This document shows, piece by piece, positions 41,550-51,767 of a stretch of DNA of 64,000 nt. Location of the stretch: NCBI GenBank assembly GCA_963758635.1, contig CAVWWD010000007.1, positions 192,001 to 256,000 on the forward strand, in the 5' to 3' direction. Below the pieces are notes generated by a model. That model ran no database searches. It was given only the letters and a program-made list of their open reading frames with translations, and had not been told where the DNA came from. The position numbers and the translations under genes are program-made. The DNA is from an uncultured Candidatus Rokubacteria bacterium (GTDB taxonomy: Bacteria; Methylomirabilota; Methylomirabilia; Rokubacteriales; CSP1-6). Every line of letters begins with the position of its first letter. The first letter of the stretch is position 1.

Positions 41550-43016
41550 CTGTGTCACAAAAGTTAGGTCCGTCGGGGAAGCCCATGCCAGGGTCGAAGC
41601 ATGGCACCCAAGACCCGCGACCCTCGCGAGCAGCGGTTCGGCGCGTACGTGGCCCGGTTGGCGCAGGCACTGGGGCATCGGGATCGGCACGAGCCGTTGG
41701 GGGCCTACCTCACCGGGCTGTGCCTGCCTGGCGAGCGGAAGAGCATCGAGCCCATGGCCGCGCGAGTCGACCCGCGACACGTGCGGGCGCGGCACCAGTC
41801 GATGCATCACTTGGTCGCCAACGCCCCGTGGGAGGACCGCGCGATGCTCCGCATCGCGCGGGACGTGGTGCTGAGGGAGATGGACCGTCATGGCCCGGTG
41901 GCCGCGTGGCTTGTGGATGACACCGCGTTCCCCAAGAAGGGCCAGCACTCGGTGGGCGTGGCCCATCAGTATTGCGGCGCGTTGGGCAAGCAAGCGAACT
42001 GTCAGGTCGCCGTGACCGTCACGCTGGCGAACGAGGCGGTGAGTGTTCCGGCGGCCTATCAGTTGTACCTGCCGGAGAGCTGGACGCGCGACGGGAAGCG
42101 GCGGCGCGCCGCCAAGATTCCCAAGACAGTGAGCTTCCGTCCCAAATGGCAGATCGCGTTGCAGCAGATCCTCGCCCTGCACGCCGAGGGCGTGCCCCGG
42201 GCGCCCGTGGTGGCCGATGCGGGCTATGGGGTCGGCACCGAGTTCCGGGACGCGCTCACGGCGCGCGGGATTCCGTATCTGGTCGGCGTGCGCGAGGACA
42301 CGAAGGTATGGCCGCCCGGAGTGACCCCACGGCCGGCCCGGCGCCGCCGCTTCCGTGGCCGCCCGCCGCGCCGCCTGCAAGGCCCCACCCGCCAGCCTGC
42401 CGTCGGCCTGTCGACGCTCGTCGGGCGGCTGCCCCTCTCGACGTGGTCCAGGGTGACCTGGCGTGAAGGCACCCGGGGGAGCATGCGTTCGCGATTTGTC
42501 GCCCTGCGAATTCGGCCCGCGCATGATCGATCCCGAACCGAACCCCGCCCCGTCGAGTGGATCCTGGGCGAGTGGCCGTTGGGCGAGCCGACGCCGACAA
42601 AGTACTACCTCTCGACTCTGCCCGGGTCGACCCCGCTGGCCACCCTCGTCCGTCTGGCTCATCTGCGCTGGCGGATCGAGCGGGACTACCAAGAGCTCAA
42701 GGACGAATTCGGTCTCGATCATTTCGAAGGTCGCGGCTGGCGGGGGTTCCATCATCATGGGTCCTTATGCATCGCTGCCTATGCCTTCCTGGCGGCCGAG
42801 CGCGCCAGGCTTTCCCCCCCTGAGCCTCTGTCCTTCCTCCGAGCCGCTCGACTACCCCGAGGTTTCACGCCGCGGGGGACTCCCGGTGCGGCCTGAACGC
42901 CATGTCCCCACCTCTATCGCGACGCTGTACCGGCTCCATGGCCGCGCCCTCCTCGCCGACACCCCATGCCTCGCGTGTGGGAGCGAACCAAAAGTGGTCG
43001 GACTTTTGTGACACAG
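41550..43016 (+). mobile_element. IS701-family element
   Basis: Perfect 15-bp IRs CTGTGTCACAAAAGT; TA on both sides; single transposase. Confidence 0.9.
41601..42896 (+). CDS. IS701-family transposase
   Basis: RKSIEPMA, VDDTAFPKKGQHSVGV.HQYCG..GK.ANCQ, ADAGYG, RWRIERDYQELK.E.GLDHFEGR. Confidence 0.93.
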   Translation: MAPKTRDPREQRFGAYVARLAQALGHRDRHEPLGAYLTGLCLPGERKSIEPMAARVDPRHVRARHQSMHHLVANAPWEDRAMLRIARDVVLREMDRHGPVAAWLVDDTAFPKKGQHSVGVAHQYCGALGKQANCQVAVTVTLANEAVSVPAAYQLYLPESWTRDGKRRRAAKIPKTVSFRPKWQIALQQILALHAEGVPRAPVVADAGYGVGTEFRDALTARGIPYLVGVREDTKVWPPGVTPRPARRRRFRGRPPRRLQGPTRQPAVGLSTLVGRLPLSTWSRVTWREGTRGSMRSRFVALRIRPAHDRSRTEPRPVEWILGEWPLGEPTPTKYYLSTLPGSTPLATLVRLAHLRWRIERDYQELKDEFGLDHFEGRGWRGFHHHGSLCIAAYAFLAAERARLSPPEPLSFLRAARLPRGFTPRGTPGAA

Positions 43017-43057
43017 TAGTGTTATTATAGGCCATGGCATGCTCCGGGAGGGCATTC

Positions 43058-44119
43058 ATGGCGAACCACGTCCGCCCGATCGAGGTGAGCGCCGCCGATC
43101 ACGCGGAGTTGCTGCGCCTGCAACGAGCGTCGTCGACGCCGGCGGGCTTCAGTCGTCGGGTGCGGGCCGTAGTGCTGATGCTGCAAGGGCTGTCGCACGT
43201 GGAGATCGCCGAGCGGAGCGGCTACACCGTCGTGCAGGTGAGCCGCATTCGGCGCCGGTTTGCCGAGGGCGGGGTGGCCGGCTTGCGCGAGCGGCCCAAA
43301 TCGGGCCGGCCGGCCACGATCACCGCTCGCCAGCGGGCGCAGATTGTGGCGCTGACGTTGAAGCCGCCCGGTCCGGGGCTGACGCATTGGACCACGCGCG
43401 ACCTGGCCCGCAGCGCCGGGGTCTCGCACACCACCGTGCATCGGATCTGGCAGGCGCATGCGCTGCAGCCGCATCGGGTGACGACGTTCAAATTCACGAC
43501 CGATCCCGACGCCGAAGCCAAGATTCACGACGTGGTGGGGCTGTACCTCAATCCGCCGACCAACGCGGTCGTGTTGAGTCTGGACGAGAAGACCCAGATT
43601 CAAGCGCTGAGTCGGACCCAGCCGCTGCTGCCCCTGCGGCCCGGCCTGCCGGCGCGGCAGACCCACGACTACCGGCGCAACGGGCTGACCAGCTTGTATG
43701 CGGCCTTGGAAGTGGCCAGCGGCAAGGTCGTGGGCGAGTGCCGCGACCGGCACACGGGCGCCGACTTTCTGGCCTTTCTCAAACGGGTGAGCCGCGGCTA
43801 TCGGGGGCACGAGCTGCACGTCATCCTGGACAATTCCTCCACGCACACCACGCCCGCAGTGCAAGCGTGGCTGACCGCTCATCCGCGGGTGCACTTTCAT
43901 TTCACCCCGACGGGCGCCTCGTGGCTCAATCTGGTCGAAGCGTGGTTCAGCATCCTCACCCGCAAGTCGGTGCGCCGCGGGTCCTTCGACACGATTCGGG
44001 CGCTGATCCGCCACATCGAGCGCTACCTGGCGGAGTGGAACACTCACCCGACGCCCTTCGTGTGGACCAAGGATCCCGCCGCCATCATCAAGAAGGCCTT
44101 GCGGCGCCCACGTCGTTAA
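43058..44119 (+). CDS. IS630-family transposase
   Basis: HTH, DVVGLYLNPP, LDEKTQIQA, HDYRRNG, ILDN, SWLNLVE. Confidence 0.93.
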   Translation: MANHVRPIEVSAADHAELLRLQRASSTPAGFSRRVRAVVLMLQGLSHVEIAERSGYTVVQVSRIRRRFAEGGVAGLRERPKSGRPATITARQRAQIVALTLKPPGPGLTHWTTRDLARSAGVSHTTVHRIWQAHALQPHRVTTFKFTTDPDAEAKIHDVVGLYLNPPTNAVVLSLDEKTQIQALSRTQPLLPLRPGLPARQTHDYRRNGLTSLYAALEVASGKVVGECRDRHTGADFLAFLKRVSRGYRGHELHVILDNSSTHTTPAVQAWLTAHPRVHFHFTPTGASWLNLVEAWFSILTRKSVRRGSFDTIRALIRHIERYLAEWNTHPTPFVWTKDPAAIIKKALRRPRR

Positions 44120-44141
44120 CATGACTTCCCGGACGGAACAC

Positions 44142-44243
44142 TAGCCTAGGCCCAGACCAGAGCCACGGGACTTTGTCGTAAAGAACGGATTGAAGAGTAT
44201 TCCCGAGCGCAGCCGCGGCGATGAGGCTAAGGTGGCTGTTCAC
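44142..44243 (-). CDS. 5' part of a putative small peptide ORF interrupted by IS630 (3' part at 41481-41516)
   Basis: GTG start; MNSHLSLIAAAALGNTLQSVLYDKVPWLWSGPRL continues as DPKGSPRLSAG* in the reconstructed empty site. Confidence 0.4.
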
Positions 44244-45094
44244 ACTTCAACTCGCTGGACAAGACTGCCCGGGCAGAACGACACACCGTCACGTGGATTC
44301 GCCTAACGGGTTGTATGTTGTGGTGCCAACGGGGGCATGACGACAATGGCGGTTTTCGTGGGGCGCCGAGTCTTGATCCATGGTCCCTGTCGCATTCTTG
44401 AGTGCCAGTTTGGGGACGATCAACTCTAGGCGGCGGACGTAGCGGGCATCGTCAGCAAGTTCGCTCCGGAATTCAAGTCTTGAGAAGTAGGGCCCGGTTG
44501 AATCAGGGATTCACCTGACTTCTCGAGCGGGACGATTCGACGAGTAACGGGGGCAGTGATCGGACAGCATTCGGGACCAGCATCCTCGGAGCGCCATCTG
44601 GACACCGAGGACGCCGAGGCCTGTTCACTCCCGCCTGGAGCGGTCCTGCCTCCCACGGTCAGTCGACTCCTGACACCTCCGGGGATCCCCTTGACACGGC
44701 CGTTGTCCGCGCCGTACCTGGAGGGGGGGCGCGAGAGACCCTCCGACGCGGGGAGGAGAGCGACGAGTTCCGCCAATGGCCGTTTAGGTCTCCTTTGACT
44801 CGGTGCCGCGATGGGGGGACGCATGACGTGGAAGGTGTTCGAGTGTCCGCTATGTCACGAGGGCTTTTCGGGCTTGCTGACCCTCTAAGAGGCTTGCTGA
44901 ACGGACCATGTGGCGTCTCACGAAGCTCCCGGGTCATTCGTGATCGGTGACCCGAACGTTCGCGCGGCACCCGCGCTTTTCGATGCGCATGTCCCACGGG
45001 CTTCCCGACGCTGCCTCCCCCGCCTCAGAGATCGCCTCAGAGACACTCCCAGCCCGCGTCGCCAAGCTTGCTGCCAATAGGGCCGTGCGCTCGA

Positions 45095-45250
45095 TCAGGT
45101 CGGGTGGCACGTCAGCCGCTCGGATGCGCCCAAGGATCTAATGAAAGAGACTCCCGGTCAAGGACTCTTTCAGCCGACTGGAGCACGAAGTACCACGCAT
45201 GTCGGATGAGGTGCCCGCCGATCTTGAACAACCGTTGCTGGCGAGGTAGT
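45095..45250 (-). pseudogene. IS1380-like transposase C-terminal remnant
   Basis: QQRLFKIGGHLIRHAWYFVLQ.AE...ILGRI with frameshifts. Confidence 0.55.
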
Positions 45251-45309
45251 CACCCTGAACGCCCCTCCGGCGGCGGTCGCCGCGTTCGGGAGCCCCGTCG
45301 GAGAAGCTG

Positions 45310-45545
45310 AGGAAGGTCAGCAGCTCTGGGCCCCGCCCTCCTGTAGAGCTCTTGATCACGCCGGGGCAGCGCTTGGCCCACCCGCGCTCGAAGCGGGTCC
45401 ACGCCGCCCGCGCCGGCCTCGGCGCTCGCGCCGTAGACGATCCGGTGGAAGTCCGCGCGCCAGCTCGGCCAGGACGTGCTTGGGCGCCTGGCACTCGAGG
45501 TTCCAGGAGCCTGTGCACGCAGCAGCGCTGGACGGCCGCCCCGGG
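45310..45545 (-). pseudogene. IS256-like transposase remnant
   Basis: WPGAAVQRCCVHRL, ADFHRIVY, ARAAWTRFE..W.KRCPGV, ELLTF. Confidence 0.6.
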
Positions 45546-45919
45546 GCCAGACCTCGCTACTGTCGATGAACATTCGGGGCTCTTCCGGGACATTGTGTGG
45601 GTGACCCCAAGGGGTAGCGATCTACGGTTCTGCGTGTCCGGGGCAGGCAAGACGGTCAGCCGTCGCGGCGGTCGCCGACGGCCCCGGGCCTCGTACTGAC
45701 GCGAGGGAAACCAGCGCGACGACACGCCCGCGAGTGCGACGGCGCCAAGCTACCGCCCCCGGATGATACCTTCAGCACGAGAGAAGACAGGCACTCGGGT
45801 CGGTGAGCCCGACCACAACCTGTAGGACCGACCCACACAGAAGCCGGAAGAGCCCCTAATTCAAAGCTTTGCAGATCGGTCGTGACGGTTGAGGTCAGGT
45901 AAAATAGCGACAGTCCCTG

Positions 45920-46714
45920 ATGGACTCGCGAGTTTCCCGCCGCCAGTTCCTCCTCCTCCCCCTCGCCCTTCTCGCCGCACCCCGCGCCGGGGCGGAGGCG
46001 GCGCGTCAAGAGGGCACGTACCGCGTGGATGTCGGTGTCCTGTATGGGCTTCTGTCGCTGTCCATGACCGGGGTGGTCGTCGCGGAGATCGATGCGGCGG
46101 CCCGACGGTACCGGGTGCGGATCGACGGGCAGGGGCCGGGGGCGGAGCTCCATACCGACACGTCGGGAATCATCCGCGACGGGCGATTCCTGCCCACGGA
46201 GTCGAAGGGGCGCCAGACGCTGCGTGGGCGGGAGAGCACCGCGTCCATCAGCTACCGGCACGATGCGGGCGTGGTCGAGTATCACTCGGTGGGCTACACG
46301 CTCCTGCTCGGACGTCGCCGGCAGGTGGACGACGTGGTCCGGATTCCGCCGGGGCAGCACGTGGACGACCTCGTGTCGGCTTATCTGAACTTCGCGGCGA
46401 ACAAGCTGGAGACCGACGCGGACGGGAGCTATCAGACCCTGATCGTGCGGCGGGCCTGGAAGGACGACGAGGGGCCGGACGACGTCTCCGCGGCGGGCTA
46501 CCGCGCTCAGTTGACGCCGTTGCGCTTCCGGGTGACTCCGGATGCGCAGACCGGGCGCCTCAGCGGCGAGCTCGACATGAAGGGGCTCTCGTCCTGGGCG
46601 CTCGCGGGTCAGCCCGCGCGGATGACCTTCGACTCCAGCCGGCACCTCGAGTCCGTGCACACCTCGCTCATCCTCGGCACCACCGTCGCGGTCAGGCTCA
46701 ACCTCGGGGCCTGA
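45920..46714 (+). CDS. Hypothetical exported beta-rich protein with Tat-like signal (DUF3108-like)
   Basis: SRRQFLL twin-arginine motif, hydrophobic stretch, AEA cleavage-like site. Confidence 0.65.
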   Translation: MDSRVSRRQFLLLPLALLAAPRAGAEAARQEGTYRVDVGVLYGLLSLSMTGVVVAEIDAAARRYRVRIDGQGPGAELHTDTSGIIRDGRFLPTESKGRQTLRGRESTASISYRHDAGVVEYHSVGYTLLLGRRRQVDDVVRIPPGQHVDDLVSAYLNFAANKLETDADGSYQTLIVRRAWKDDEGPDDVSAAGYRAQLTPLRFRVTPDAQTGRLSGELDMKGLSSWALAGQPARMTFDSSRHLESVHTSLILGTTVAVRLNLGA

Positions 46715-46760
46715 CCGGGCGTCGAGGACACCACAGGGCGTCCAGGGTCACCTACACGCG

Positions 46761-47726
46761 ATGAGCCACGACCTCGTTGGCCTGGGCGAGGTGATGCTGC
46801 GACTCGCCGCGCTGCCGCCGACGAGACTCGAGCAATCCACCGCCCTCAACGTCCAGATCGGCGGCTCGGAGGCCAACGTGGCCGCCGCGTGCGCGAGGCT
46901 GGGGCTGCGCACGGCCGTGCTCTCGGCGGTCCCCGGGGATCACGTCTGGGGCGACCGGATCGTGCGGGAGCTCTCCGGGCACGGCGTCGACACGCGTGGC
47001 GTTCTCCGGCCGCTCGGGGCCCGCCTCGGCCTGTACTTCCTCGAGTACGGACGGGCCCCGCGCCCGGTCCGGGTGATCTACGACCGTCGCGATTCCGCCT
47101 TCAGCCGGCTCGGTCCAGACGATCTCGACTGGTCTCTCGTCAGGGCGTCGCGCTGCTTTCACGTGTCGGGAGTGACGGCGGCGCTGGGAGAGAACCTGCG
47201 CGCGGTGACCCGGCGCGGCGTGCAGGAGGCCCAGGCCGCGGCCGTCCCCGTTTCCCTCGACGTGAACTACCGCTCGCGCCTGTGGACGCCGAAGGAGGCC
47301 CGGGACTTCTTCGCCGGCGTGCTGCCTGCGGCGCGCTACCTCTTCGTGGGCAGCGACGACGCGCGCACGGTGTTCCAGCTCGACGGCGAGCCCGAGCGGG
47401 TGCTCGCCGACCTCGCGCGTCTCGCCCCTGCCGCTACCATCTCGCTGACCCTCGGAGAGGCCGGCGCGGCCGTCCTCGCCGACGGGCGCGTCTGGCGACC
47501 CTCGCGGCTCTACACCGTCTCCATCGTGGACCTGGTTGGCGCCGGCGATGCCTACGCCGCGGGTTTCCTGTGGGCGGCGCTCGGTGGCCGGCCCGTGCAG
47601 GAATCGGTCGACGTCGGCACCGCGCTCGCCGCCCTCAAGTGCACGATCTGGGGAGACGTGGCCCTGGTGACGCGCGCCGAGCTGGAGGAGCTGCTCGCCT
47701 CCGACCGTCAAGACATCCGCCGCTGA
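46761..47726 (+). CDS. PfkB-family sugar kinase (2-dehydro-3-deoxygluconokinase-like)
   Basis: GEVMLRL, GGSEANVA, YDR..SA, DVNYRSRLW, DLVGAGDAY. Confidence 0.9.
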   Translation: MSHDLVGLGEVMLRLAALPPTRLEQSTALNVQIGGSEANVAAACARLGLRTAVLSAVPGDHVWGDRIVRELSGHGVDTRGVLRPLGARLGLYFLEYGRAPRPVRVIYDRRDSAFSRLGPDDLDWSLVRASRCFHVSGVTAALGENLRAVTRRGVQEAQAAAVPVSLDVNYRSRLWTPKEARDFFAGVLPAARYLFVGSDDARTVFQLDGEPERVLADLARLAPAATISLTLGEAGAAVLADGRVWRPSRLYTVSIVDLVGAGDAYAAGFLWAALGGRPVQESVDVGTALAALKCTIWGDVALVTRAELEELLASDRQDIRR

Positions 47727-47835
47727 GGCCCGGGATCTCGACCGCCGAGGCCCGGGACCACCACCGCGCCGGGTTCGCACCACCGCGGAGGTCCGCGGCG
47801 GCCACGGGAACACAAGCAGTGGTATAGTTCGTGTC

Positions 47836-50754
47836 GTGGAGCCTACCCGTGGTGTCGAACGGATCCTCGAGGGCCTCGACGCCGCCCAGGTCGCCGCCGT
47901 CATCCACACCACCGGTCCCCTGCTGATCATCGCGGGCGCGGGGACGGGGAAGACCACCGTCATCACCCGGCGCATCGCGCACCTCATCGCCAGCCGCCGG
48001 GCCCGTCCCTCCGAGATCCTCGCCCTGACCTTCACCGACAAGGCCGCCGCGGGGATGGAAGAGCGCGTCGACACGCTCGTGCCGTACGGCTACGCGGACG
48101 TGCAGATCTCCACCTTTCACGCCTTCGGCGACGCGCTCATCCGGGAGAACGCGCTCGAGATCGGCCTCACGCCGGACTTCCGCGTCCTCACGCGGGCGGA
48201 GCAGGTCATCTTCCTCCGCGACCACCTCTTCGACCTCCCGCTTCGCCACTACCGGCCGCTCGCCGATCCCACCCGGCACCTGCACGCGATCATCAGCCTG
48301 ATCAGCCGCCTCAAGGACGAGGACGTGGGCCCGGACGAATATCTCGCGCACGCCGAGCGCCTTCTCGCGGAGGCGGCGGGCGACGAGGACCGCGTGCAGG
48401 CCGAGCAGCACGTGGAGCTGGCCCGGACCTACGCGCAGTACCAGCGCCTGATGGCCCAGCTGGGGCAGGTGGACTTCGGCGATCAGATCGTGGAGACGCT
48501 GCGTCTCCTGCGGACACGCCCTCACGTGCTCCGGCGCTACCAGCAGCGCTTCAAGTACATCCTCGTCGACGAGTTCCAGGACACCAACTACGCGCAGTTC
48601 GAGGTCGTCAAGCTGCTCGCGGCCCGGCACCGGAGCCTCGCCGTGGTGGGCGACGACGACCAGGCCATCTTCCGTTTCCGCGGCGCGTCGATGAGCAACA
48701 TCCTGGACTTCGACCGCACGTACCCGGACGCCGCGAAGGTGGTGCTGCGCGAGAACCGCCGGTCGCCTCAGGCCGTGCTCGACGCGGCGTACCGGCTCAT
48801 CCGGTACAACGACCCCGACCGGCTGGAGATCGCCCAGAAGATCGACAAGCGCCTGATCGCCCGCGAGCCCGACGGGCGTCCCCGCGTCGGCTGGCCGCCC
48901 GAGCACCGGGCGTTCGACACCATCTCCTCGGAGTCGGACTGGGTGGCGGCCCGCATCGCCGACGAGCGCGCCGCCGGCCGGCCGTACAAGGACATCGCGA
49001 TCCTCGTGCGGGCCAACCAGGACGCGGATCCGTTCCTGCGCGCGCTCAACCTGCGCGGGATCCCGTGGACGTTCTCGGGCAACGCCGGGCTGTACGGCCG
49101 GCCCGAGGTGCGGCTGCTCATCGCCTTCCTGCGCGCGGTGGCCCATCCGGACGACTCCGTGAGCCTCCACTACCTGGCGTCGTCGGCCGTCTACCAGGTG
49201 CCGATCGTGGACCTCACCAAGTGCGCGACCTACGCCGACCGGCGCCACCGGTGGCTGTTCGACGTGCTGCGCGCGGTGCCCGCGGAGGTCGAGCTCGGCG
49301 AGGAGGGGCGCGAGACCATCGGCCGTCTCGTCGCCGACCTCGAGCGCTACATGGAGCTGGCCCGCGAGACCCCGACCGGCGAGCTCCTGTACCAGTTCCT
49401 CGTCGACTCCGGCCTCATGACCCGGTACGCGAAGGCGCCCGCGGAGCTGGAGCAGGAGGTGCAGAACGTCAGCAAGTTCTTCAACCGGGTCCGCGACACC
49501 TCGCGCGTGCTCAAGTACGACAACGTGCGCGAGTTCGTGATCCATCTGGACGCGCTGATCGACGCCGGCGACGACCCCGCGGTGGCCGAGGCCGAGGCCG
49601 ACACGCCGGCCGTCCACGTCCTCACCGTGCACAAGGCCAAGGGGCTCGAGTGGCCCGTGGTCTTCATCGTCAACTGCGTGCAGAACAAGTTTCCGTCCAC
49701 GCGCCGGTCCGAGCCGATCGAGATGCCGGCCGGGCTGATCAAGGACGCGCTGCCCGGCGGTGACTTTCACGAGCAGGAGGAGCGCCGGCTCTTCTACGTC
49801 GCCATGACGCGGCCGCGCGAGACGCTCATCCTCACCAGCGCGGAGGACATGGGAGGGCGGCGGAAGTGGAAGGTGAGCCAGTTCGTCCTCGAGGCGCTCG
49901 ACCTGCCGAAGGACGCCGCGCGTCCGTTCCGGGCCAGCGCGCTCGAGGAGCTCCAGCGCCACGCGCCCGCCGCGGACGCCGCGGCCTCGGACGCGCCGGC
50001 CCTGGCCCCGGATGCCGAGCTCACGGTCAGCCATCGCCAGATCGACGACTACGAGACGTGTCCGCTCAAGTACCAGTACATCCACGTCAAGCGGATCCCG
50101 CTGCGGCAGCATCACGCCGTGGTCTACGGCAGCGCGCTGCACGCCGCGGTCGAGTTCTATCTGCGCCGCCGGGCCGCCGGCGCCTTCACGCCCCTCGAGG
50201 ACTTCCTGCGCGCCTACGACGACGCCTGGCGCAACGAGGGCTTCCTCACGCGCGAGCACGAGGAGCAGCGCAAGCGCGCGGGCGTGGACGCCTTGACGCG
50301 CTTCTACCACGAGGAGGAGGCGGCGGGGGACAAGCCGGGCGCGGTGGAGCGCGAGTTCAGCTTCGCGCTGGGCCCGACGCGGGTGCGCGGCCGCTTCGAT
50401 CGGGTGGACGAGCGCCCGGAGGGCACGGTCGTGATCGACTACAAGTCGAGCGACGTGACCGAGCAGAAGGCGGCGGACAAGCGCGCGCGCGAGAGCCTCC
50501 AGCTCAAGGTGTATGCCCTGGCCGTCGAGGCGGCCACCGGGCGCCTCCCCGCGCGCGTCGAGCTGCGGTTCCTGGAGTCCGGCCTCAGCGGCCGGTATCG
50601 CCCCGTGGCCGCGGACCTGCTCGAGGCGCGCGAGGCGATCCTGGCCGCGGCCGCGGGCATCCGGGCCCGACGCTTCGAGGCGACGCCCAGCTACCAGGTC
50701 TGCCGCTACTGCCCGTACAACCAGATCTGCCCGAGCACCGCCACGCGCGAGTGA
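47836..50754 (+). CDS. UvrD/PcrA-type helicase fused to a PD-(D/E)XK nuclease (AdnAB/AddAB-like)
   Basis: AGAGTGKT, LTFT.KAA, VDEFQDTN, VGDDDQAIF.FRGA, TVHKAKGLE, EERRLFYVAMTR; RGRFDRVD..IDYK, QL.VY, CRYCPY..IC. Confidence 0.92.
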   Translation: MEPTRGVERILEGLDAAQVAAVIHTTGPLLIIAGAGTGKTTVITRRIAHLIASRRARPSEILALTFTDKAAAGMEERVDTLVPYGYADVQISTFHAFGDALIRENALEIGLTPDFRVLTRAEQVIFLRDHLFDLPLRHYRPLADPTRHLHAIISLISRLKDEDVGPDEYLAHAERLLAEAAGDEDRVQAEQHVELARTYAQYQRLMAQLGQVDFGDQIVETLRLLRTRPHVLRRYQQRFKYILVDEFQDTNYAQFEVVKLLAARHRSLAVVGDDDQAIFRFRGASMSNILDFDRTYPDAAKVVLRENRRSPQAVLDAAYRLIRYNDPDRLEIAQKIDKRLIAREPDGRPRVGWPPEHRAFDTISSESDWVAARIADERAAGRPYKDIAILVRANQDADPFLRALNLRGIPWTFSGNAGLYGRPEVRLLIAFLRAVAHPDDSVSLHYLASSAVYQVPIVDLTKCATYADRRHRWLFDVLRAVPAEVELGEEGRETIGRLVADLERYMELARETPTGELLYQFLVDSGLMTRYAKAPAELEQEVQNVSKFFNRVRDTSRVLKYDNVREFVIHLDALIDAGDDPAVAEAEADTPAVHVLTVHKAKGLEWPVVFIVNCVQNKFPSTRRSEPIEMPAGLIKDALPGGDFHEQEERRLFYVAMTRPRETLILTSAEDMGGRRKWKVSQFVLEALDLPKDAARPFRASALEELQRHAPAADAAASDAPALAPDAELTVSHRQIDDYETCPLKYQYIHVKRIPLRQHHAVVYGSALHAAVEFYLRRRAAGAFTPLEDFLRAYDDAWRNEGFLTREHEEQRKRAGVDALTRFYHEEEAAGDKPGAVEREFSFALGPTRVRGRFDRVDERPEGTVVIDYKSSDVTEQKAADKRARESLQLKVYALAVEAATGRLPARVELRFLESGLSGRYRPVAADLLEAREAILAAAAGIRARRFEATPSYQVCRYCPYNQICPSTATRE

Positions 50755-50902
50755 CGCGCCCGGGGATCGCCGCTCCGGGAGCGATGTAGTACGCTCCCGT
50801 CCAGGGGCCGCCGATCCCGGCGGCGCTCTCCGGGAGCCCGGCGCCCCGATTCTCACCGTTCCCGTTCGTGCGGCGCCCCGAACGGCGTCGAGCGGAGGCA
50901 CC

Positions 50903-51703
50903 ATGAAGGTCAAGGCCAACGGCATCGAGATCAACTACGAGATCGAGGGCGAGGGGCCGGTCGTCACGTTCAGCCACTCGCTCGCGTGCAACCTGTCCAT
51001 GTGGGACGAGGAGGCGCGCCGGCTGCGTGACCGGTTCCGGGTGCTCCGATACGACACGCGCGGGCACGGCGGCACCAGCGCCCCGTCGGGCGCCTACACG
51101 CTCGATCAGCTCGCCGACGATGCCAGCGCGCTGCTCGACGCGCTCGGGATCGCGCAGACGCACTGGGTCGGCCTCTCCATGGGCGGCATGATCGGTCAGG
51201 TCCTCACGCTCAAGCACCCCGAGAAGATCCTGAGCCTCGTGCTCTGCGACACGACCAGCCGCTACCCGGCCGCGGCGGCCCAGGTGTGGGCCGACCGGAT
51301 CCGCACCGTGGAGGCGCAGGGCATGGAGCCGATGGTGGAGCCCACCCTCGGCCGCTGGCTCACCGCGCCCTTCCGCGCGCGGCGCAAGGACGTGACCGCG
51401 CGGGTCGCGGGCTGGATCCGCAGCACGCCGCCCCAGGGGTACGTGGGCTGCTGCCACGCGCTGCCGAAGATCAACGTGACCGATCGGCTGTCCACCGTGA
51501 CGTGCCCCGCGCTCGTCCTGGTGGGCGACGAGGACCAGGGCACGCCGGTCGACATGCATCGTGACATCCACGCGGCGCTGCCCACGGCGGAGCTGACCAT
51601 CCTGCGCCAGGCCGCCCACATCTCGAACCTGGAGCAGCCCGAGGAGTTCAACCGGACCGTCGGCGCGTTCCTCGACAAGGCGGCGGGGCGGAAGAGCCTC
51701 TAG
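50903..51703 (+). CDS. pcaD: 3-oxoadipate enol-lactonase (alpha/beta hydrolase)
   Basis: SHSL, MWD, RYDTRGHG, GLSMGG, AHISNLEQP. Confidence 0.78.
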   Translation: MKVKANGIEINYEIEGEGPVVTFSHSLACNLSMWDEEARRLRDRFRVLRYDTRGHGGTSAPSGAYTLDQLADDASALLDALGIAQTHWVGLSMGGMIGQVLTLKHPEKILSLVLCDTTSRYPAAAAQVWADRIRTVEAQGMEPMVEPTLGRWLTAPFRARRKDVTARVAGWIRSTPPQGYVGCCHALPKINVTDRLSTVTCPALVLVGDEDQGTPVDMHRDIHAALPTAELTILRQAAHISNLEQPEEFNRTVGAFLDKAAGRKSL

Positions 51704-51767
51704 CAGCCGATGCGGGCGGAGAGACGCCGCCGCGCGCGGCGGCGGCGTCACGCAGAGGCGCACGGGT

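Larger units (their letters stand above)
41519..44141 (+). mobile_element. IS630-family element (TA duplication) carrying a nested IS701
   Basis: Imperfect 27-bp IRs (18/27 identical) at 41519-41545 and 44115-44141; TA at 41517-41518 and 44142-44143. Confidence 0.8.

Noticed and set aside
44385..44410. Sigma54 promoter upstream of the peptide/kinase (TGGCACTCAAGAATGC, minus strand)
   Set aside because: GG-to-GC spacing is 11 nt rather than the required 10
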